From: Chiloscyllium plagiosum
Taxonomy: Eukaryota
DNA: 43,355 nt
Assembly: GCF_004010195.1 (NCBI RefSeq)
Contig: NC_057718.1
Location: forward strand, 82,601,848 to 82,645,202
Direction of reading: 5' to 3'
Under the pieces are notes generated by a model, which did no database searches, was not told the origin of the DNA, and saw only the letters and a list, made by a program, of their open reading frames with translations. Position numbers and translations under genes: made by a program. Positions 37,061 through 43,355 of the stretch are shown piece after piece (positions within the stretch are counted from its first letter, which is position 1; each line of letters begins with the position of its first letter).

Positions 37061-37851
37061 ATGGCACCGTGGTAACAAGGAATTATTCAAGTTGGGGTAG
37101 GAAGCAACAAGGAATAAAGCAGTTGTAGGGAATAGTGTAGTGACGAGGATGGGGAAGATCCAATGGTTGAGGTCTGTGAAGATACCAACATCACAGATAG
37201 GACAAGGAAAGGGATTCTAAAGAAATTGAGGATCTGGGAACTGAATCAAAAAGTAGAACCTCAAAGGTTAGAATCTCTTACTAGAGCCACATGCAAGTTA
37301 GCATAGGGTACATAAAATGAGAGAGGTGAACTTGTGACACGAAGACTGGTGAAGGAGAAATAGGTTTTAGTCTGTGGACCACTGAAACCAGCGCTGGGGA
37401 ATGTCAGAGTTCTACCATTGAGACAGTCTATACCTGAACCATGCTGGGGGCAATCTTCTTGTGAACTGTGTAACTGAGGAAGTAGGGAGTTTTAAAGTAA
37501 ATTGTAGAGGCAAGAGATCAAATATGGGAGGAAGTGATTTGTCAAAAAGTAGAGACAAAGTAAGAAAGGGAAATAGTGATACAAGAAATGAGGATCAGAG
37601 AACAGAAGGGAGGGGCAGAGAAAAAAAACTATTAATACACCAACATTCAAGACTACGTGCTACATACACAACAAAAAGACAAAATTAAACCGTCTGTGTC
37701 TGCATATGTGCAGCATTCATAACAAAATAAACAAATAGCACACATTGAAACAAATGAATATAATCCAATAGCCATTATGAAGACTTGGCAGCATGATGAT
37801 AAGTATTGGGGTTTAGGGTGTAGCTTTACTCGCTGAGCTGTAGGTTTATAT

Positions 37852-37891
37852 CCAGACGTTTCATTACCTGGCTAGGTAACATCATCAGTGG
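37852..37891 (-). ncRNA. Minimal type I hammerhead ribozyme, mirror copy
   Basis: Exact reverse complement of 38685-38724. Confidence 0.85.
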
Positions 37892-38272
37892 CGACCTCCA
37901 AGTGAAGCGAAGCTGTTGTCTCCTGCTTTCTATTTATATCTTTCCCCTGGATGGGGTTCCTGGGTTTTGTGGTGATGTCATTTTCTGTTTGTTTTCTCAG
38001 GGGTTGATAGATGGCATCTAGATCTATGTGTTTGTTTATGACGTTGTGGTTGGAGTGCCAAGCCTCTAGGAATTCTCTGGCATGTCTTTGCTTAGCCTGT
38101 CCCAGGATAGATGTATTGTCCCAGTCGAATTGATGGTTTTTTTCATCCGTGTGTAGGTCTACGAGGGAGAGAGGGTCGTGTCTTTTTGTGGCTAGCTGGT
38201 GTTTGTGTATCCTGGTGGCTAACTTTCTTCCTGTTTGTCCTATGTAGTGTTTGTGGCAGTCCTTGCATGGAA

Positions 38273-38587
38273 CCCATGAACAAAACCAACGTCATCTACA
38301 AAATTCCATGCAAGGACTGCCACAAACACTACGTAGGACAAACAGGAAGAAAGTTTGTCACCAGGATACACGAATACCAGCTAGCCACAAAAAGACACGA
38401 CCCTCTCTCCCTCGTAGCCCTACACACGGATGAAAAAAACCACCATTTTGACTGGGACAACACATCTATCCTGGCTCAGGCTAAGCAAAGACATGCCAGA
38501 GAATTCCTAGAGGCCTGGCACTCCAACCACAACACCATAAACAAACACATAGATCTAGATACCATCTATCAACCCCTCAGAAAATGA
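38273..38587 (+). pseudogene. 5'-truncated PLE ORF, GIY-YIG endonuclease domain
   Basis: VIY...CxxC...YVG, conserved R, E and N of the GIY-YIG fold. The mirror arm reads YIG and is open from 38270 to 37872 on the minus strand. Confidence 0.9.
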
Positions 38588-38684
38588 ACAGGAAATGACA
38601 TCATCACAAACCCCAGGAACCCCATCCAGGACAAACATATAAATAGAAAGCAGGAGACAACAGCTTCGCTTCACTTGGAGGTCA

Positions 38685-38724
38685 CCACTGATGATGTTAC
38701 CTAGCCAGGTAATGAAACGTCTGG
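38685..38724 (+). ncRNA. Minimal type I hammerhead ribozyme of the PLE terminus
   Basis: CCA-CTGATGA-T-GTTACCT agcc AGGTAAT-GAAAC-GTC-TGG: catalytic boxes, stem II, palindromic ACGT stem III, stem I CCA/TGG. Confidence 0.85.
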
Positions 38725-40584
38725 ATATCAAACCTACAGCTCAGCGAGCAAACCTACACCCTAAACCTCAACCTGAACTACAAACCTTCACAAACCTTGC
38801 AATAAGTATTGGGTTTTGAATCTTAAGGTGTATCCAGGAAGAATAGGAAACTAAGCAGCACTGTTAATTAAGGAGTTGATAAAATGTTATCAAGGTAGTT
38901 TCTTAGAGCTGCATATTCTAGAAACAACCAGACAGCAGATTATATTAGGCTTGGTATCAGTAATGAGATAGTATTAATTAAATAGCTCAAATTAAGGGTA
39001 CCCAATGCATCAGTAACCTTTAATAATCTTGAATTTTACAAGCAGTTTGAAGGGAGAAGATTAGGTCTGAGATTTGTGTTTTAAACCTAAATAACGTGAG
39101 CATGAAAGCTGATCTAAAAACTAAAGTGAACTGGCATACTAGGCTAGGAGACAGATCAATAGAGACATAGTGGCAGGCATTTAAGGGATATTTCAGAATA
39201 CTCAGAATAAATATGTCCGTGCTATAAAAAGAATTTTTAAAGGGTAGATTCAGCATCCATGGTTAACTAAAGGCAAAACCATAACTATGCAAAGATGAAC
39301 AGCAGGTCAGATAATTGGTCAGAATATGAAGAGCAGCAGAAAATGACTGAAAGATTAATCGGGAGGAAGACATTAGAATATGACTGGACGCTAACTAGGA
39401 ATGTAAAATTAGCAAGGATTTTCACAGGTATTTTAAAAGGAAAATAATTCGTAACTTGAGTGCTGGCCATCTCAGTGAGTGAGAATGGGGAGTTAATGGT
39501 AGATGATATGGAAATGGCAGATGAAATGAATAAATATTTTGCTTCTGTCTTCACTATTGAGGATACCAAAAAAAATTCCAGTAAGGTGTAAATCAGGAGG
39601 TCAAAGAGAGAAAGGAACTTAATGAAGTTATGATCACAAGGAAGTGATATCGTGCAAAGTGATAAAACTGTGGGCTGACAAGTCTGGGGGTTCAGATGGA
39701 ATTTATCCCATGGTCTCAAATGAGATTGCTAATTTTCCAAAATTCCCTAGATGCCATTAGACTGCAAAGTGGCAACTATAACCCCTCTATTCAAGAAGGA
39801 AGGGAGTCAGAAAACAGGATAGTCCTTTCTGTGGTCCTTTCTGTAGGCAGTAAAAAGCTAAACCAGTTATATAGTAGGTTGTTTCAAGTGTGCATCCCTT
39901 AGAGCCTGAGGGAGAGTAATAAGAGCCTAGGGTTAGGAAGAGACTAATGGGAAGCAGGGCATAGTGGATGGAGTTGAGGATGCAGTTGAACAGTTTGGTA
40001 GCTGCACAAATATTATGGTGACGTGAGTTTAGTCAGGTGGATCCAACTGTCATAAATTAGTTGGGAGTGAGGTCTGATGGCTTAGAGAGCAGCATCCTTG
40101 CATCTGATCCAGAAGCTCAGGGATCAACTCTCACTCCAAGACTTGATGACTAAGGAGTAATTGTCAGCCTGTACATCCTGCTTGTATACCACTGGCCATG
40201 CTCCAGGTGCCAGGTCAGGATACATGGGAAAGGTTAGCATCAGGAAGTGTCTCCAGTGGTTACCCCAACCCATCCCCTCCCCCAACACCATCACTGTCAA
40301 TGGTTGATATGAAGGCAATCAACTGGCATTGTGATGATCCCTGTAACACAGGAAACCAAAGGAATGAGAAGTATAAATGGGGAGAGTACTACTTGCTGGA
40401 GCCAACACAGAAGGAAGTAGGGCTGGGAGAGACTGAGGTTGTGTATGGTACGTACTAAACAAGGAAGTGATCAGAAATGGTCTTTGGAATTGAGACAGTG
40501 GGAGCAGCAAGGTCACAAGACGACAAGGCCTGTGAATTTGGATTGGGGACGTTTTTGAAAAGTATTTCGCATGAAGTGCTCATC

Positions 40585-41910
40585 ACCAATGAAGTCAACA
40601 TTTCTTGCCCATCCTTAATTGCCCTTGAAAATGGTAGTGAGCCATCCTTCTACACCACTAAACTCCATGTGGTGTAAGTACACTGTGCTCATAGAAAGGG
40701 AGTTCCAGAATTTTAACCTAGTGACATTGAAGAAACAATGATATAGTTCCAAATCAGAATGCTTTGTGACATCAGTGGTGGTCACATTACCTCGTAATTG
40801 CTGCTCTTGTCCTTTTAAGTGGCAGAAGTCACACATTTGAACGCTGCAGCACATCTTGTCATTGGTGGTGTAAGAGATCATTTAAGTGGTGGTTAGGCTA
40901 TTGATGAGCTGGGGTGCTTTGCCTTGAATGGTGTTGAACCTATTGAACATTGTTGGAGCAGCACTCATCCAGTTAACCACAGCCCTGACTTGTGCATTGT
41001 AGATAGAGGACAGGCTTTGGGAGTTAGGAGGTGACAGGATTCCTCATGTGGCTGCACTATTAATATGACTGGTCCAGTTCAGTTTGGATTAATGGTATTC
41101 TGGATTAGTGGAGCTGGAAGAGCACAGCAGTTCAGGCAGTATCCAAGGAGCTTCGAAATCGACGTTTTGGGCAAAAGCCCTTCATCAGGAAGCTTGGATG
41201 CTGCCTGAACTGCTGTGCTTTTCCAGCACCATTAATCTAGAATCTGGTTTCCAGCATCTGCAGTCATTGTTTTTACCTCGTTGGATTAATGGTAACCCCA
41301 GGAAACTGATCATGGGGATTTCAACCATAGAATATCATTGGAAGATAGTTCGATTCTCTCTTGTTGAAGATCGTCATGCATGTTACTTGTCACTTACCAG
41401 CTCACATCTGAAAATCGCCCGGGTCTTCCTGCACTATGGGCAAAGCCATTTCAGTTTCTGAGGGGTTGTAAATGGTGTTGAACATTGTCAACAAACAACA
41501 AACCTACTTATTTTAAAAGGCAGTCGTTGATGAAATAGCTAAAAATGGGGTTAGGATACAATTCTGAAGAACTCTTACTCATGCCCTTGGATTGGCACAA
41601 ACAGCTTTGTGTTCCTTTGTGCTCCAGACAGTGGAGATTTTTCTCCCAATTTCCACTGATCCCAGTTTCGCTAGGGCTCCTTGATGCTGCACGCAACCAA
41701 ATGCAATCTTAATGCCAAGGGCTGTAACCCTTACCTGACCTTTGGAATTCAACTCTTTTGTCAATGTTTAGACCTGAGGCTGCAACCAATTCGGGAAATG
41801 GTTAGCTCTGGTCAAACCCACAATGAGCGTCATTGAACAGGTTATTGCTGTATAAATGTCCCTGAAGATATCAATAGTGCTATCATCACTTTATTCATGA
41901 TCAGAAGCAG
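40585..41910 (-). mobile_element. Second LINE family, antisense degenerate copy
   Basis: Reverse complement of motifs at 21900-22190 and 36330-37050. Confidence 0.75.
41098..41280. mobile_element. Palindromic PLE-terminus mini-element, hammerhead on minus strand
   Basis: Perfect 14-bp TSD TTGGATTAATGGTA at 41084-41097 and 41281-41294. Minus strand reads CTGATGA-A-GGGC tttt GCCC-AAAAC-GTC. Confidence 0.88.
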
Positions 41911-42389
41911 AAGAAGACAATGAGATACTTAAGAGTCTTGTTAATATGTGCATTGAAAAACTGGTTCAATATCTTTAAGCTTTTAGCCTAACAGCTGCAT
42001 GGTTTCATTTTGTCATGTAAAAGCTCAATGTTGCCTTGTGTACAAAATCTAAAGATGTTTTAGACAAGACATTGAGGCAATGGCATCACTTAATAAGTCA
42101 TTAGTGACCAGAATAATTGGTTTGTAAATTTCTTTTCCAATCTTTCAAACATTAAAGCAGACTATCTTAGTAATTGGTAACTGTTGTATTTGCTTTTTGG
42201 TGGTCTTAGCCCTGTCCCTTGGGATTCAAGGGATTCAAGCAAGGATCCAGGTCTGTGGGCACCAATGGTCTGCTGTAGTCCCAATATATTTTTCATTAAT
42301 TGGGAAACTGTGGGGACAGGGAGGATTTTTAAAAATGTGTTCATGAGACATGGATGTCACAGGCTTGGCTAGTATTTATTACCCAAATT

Positions 42390-42735
42390 ATAGAGTCACA
42401 GAGTCATAGAGCTGTACAGCACAGAAACAGCCCCTTCAGTCCAACTCATCCATGCTGACCCAATATCATAAATTAATCTAGTCCCATTTGCCAGCCTGTG
42501 GCCCATATCCCTCTAAACCCTTCCTATTCAAATACTCATTCAGATACCTTTTAAATGTTGTTATTGTACCAGCCTCCACCACTTCCTCTGGCAGCTCATT
42601 CCATACACGCACTACCCTCTGTGTGAAACAGTTGCCCCTTAGGTTCCTTTTATATCTTTCCCCTCTCACCCTAACCTATACCCTGTGACTCCCCTGCCCC
42701 AGGGAAAAGACCTTGTCTGTTCACCCTATCCATGT
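42390..42735 (-). mobile_element. CR1 LINE 3' end
   Basis: tagagtcacagagtcataga tail; ORF 42478-42669 FTQRVVRVWNELPEEVV. Confidence 0.92.
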
Positions 42736-42954
42736 GTGGGATCGTGTTCAAATAACAATCAAAATCAGTGAGTGATGGAAATAGCCTCTTTATTCAGAAA
42801 ACACAAGTAGCACAAGGTTGAGGCAGCAGTAGAACCCCAAAATACAGTTCTTACATATATTAAAATGCCATTACCGTTGTGTTATATTGTTTTATCCACA
42901 GTACACAAACGTTTGAGGGGCTTCTGTCCTGGGAGACAGGAGATGGGTTAAACA

Positions 42955-43355
42955 TTTTTTTTTATTTCAAAAATATATTTTATTCATAAAATAATTTGTG
43001 GTCTGTACAATTGGTCATGCCATACATATGTAAACATGTACAAACAGAGATCAGAATTTATCATTTTTTCACAGGTCTGTACATTTTTCAATCATATGCC
43101 CATATAATTAGCTGAGGCGTCAGCAGAGCCCAAATTACTGCATGGGCCCCCTGTTCTTCGTTAGGCAGGCAGACTTTACACAGTGGTCTTTCCCCACCGC
43201 GCCTTGGCGGCAGCTGCCCCAAGCTTCAGCGCATCCCTCAACACGTAGTCCTGGACCTTGGAATGTGCCAGTCTGCAGCACTCAGTCGGGGTCAACTCCT
43301 TCAGCTGGAAGATCAACAGCTTTCGGACCGCCCAGAGAGCATCCTTCACCGAGTT
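42955..43355 (-). mobile_element. Tx1/L1-clade LINE 3' end (continues beyond window)
   Basis: Open frame 43355-43176 NSVKDALWAVRKLLIFQ...VQDYVLRDALKLGAAAAKARWGKTTV*, then 3'UTR, AATAAA and an A-tail on the minus strand. Confidence 0.75.

Larger units (their letters stand above)
37811..38801. mobile_element. Penelope-like element (Penelope/Poseidon-type GIY-YIG), fold-back insertion of two inverted 3' ends
   Basis: 37811-38272 is the reverse complement of 38304-38766. Right arm encodes NVIYKIPCKDCHKHYVGQTGR...REFLEAW...IN. 12-bp TSD ATAAGTATTGGG at 37799-37810 and 38802-38813. Confidence 0.92.
37100..39830 (+). mobile_element. Old CR1 with ORF1 esterase (SGNH) and ORF2 endonuclease remnants; host of the fold-back PLE
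   Basis: VVGNSVV (GDS-like), KSRTSKV and DSLYLN (DGLHLN-like) motifs; APE N-terminal remnant; EMADEMNKYFASVFT. Confidence 0.8.

Noticed and set aside
38111..38272. Hydrophobic N-terminus of the 158-aa ORF, suggesting a membrane-anchored nuclease
   Set aside because: It is the antisense reading of the inverted arm, fused in frame by chance to the GIY-YIG fragment.
1..43355. CRISPR arrays, operons or other prokaryotic systems
   Set aside because: Spliced vertebrate gene with eukaryotic repeats; no regularly spaced repeat-spacer array seen.

Overview
Vertebrate genomic DNA, most likely from a cartilaginous fish (inferred from the HE1-type V-SINEs, DeuSINEs and CR1 tails). The + strand carries the last 12 coding exons of RRBP1 (ribosome-binding protein 1/p180) at 961-29177, encoding 353 aa of C-terminal coiled coil ending in KEGTSV*, followed by a ~550-nt 3'UTR with AATAAA at 29709. 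All 11 introns are GT-AG and phase 0. Most of the rest is transposon-derived: CR1, L2, RTE and Tx1-like LINE fragments, tRNA-derived SINEs, two solo LTRs, a pogo/Tigger-like MITE and two N gaps. The most notable non-genic signal is a set of Penelope-like element (PLE) derivatives with minimal hammerhead ribozymes. One is a ~990-bp fold-back GIY-YIG insertion (37811-38801) with a 12-bp TSD and two identical intact hammerhead cores. The others are seven short, mostly palindromic mini-elements or half-copies that match or resemble the 3' end of a second PLE remnant (27380-28256). Repeat boundaries were read by eye and family names come from recalled consensus motifs, not from a database search. 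Most ORFs in the supplied track are spurious or LINE debris.
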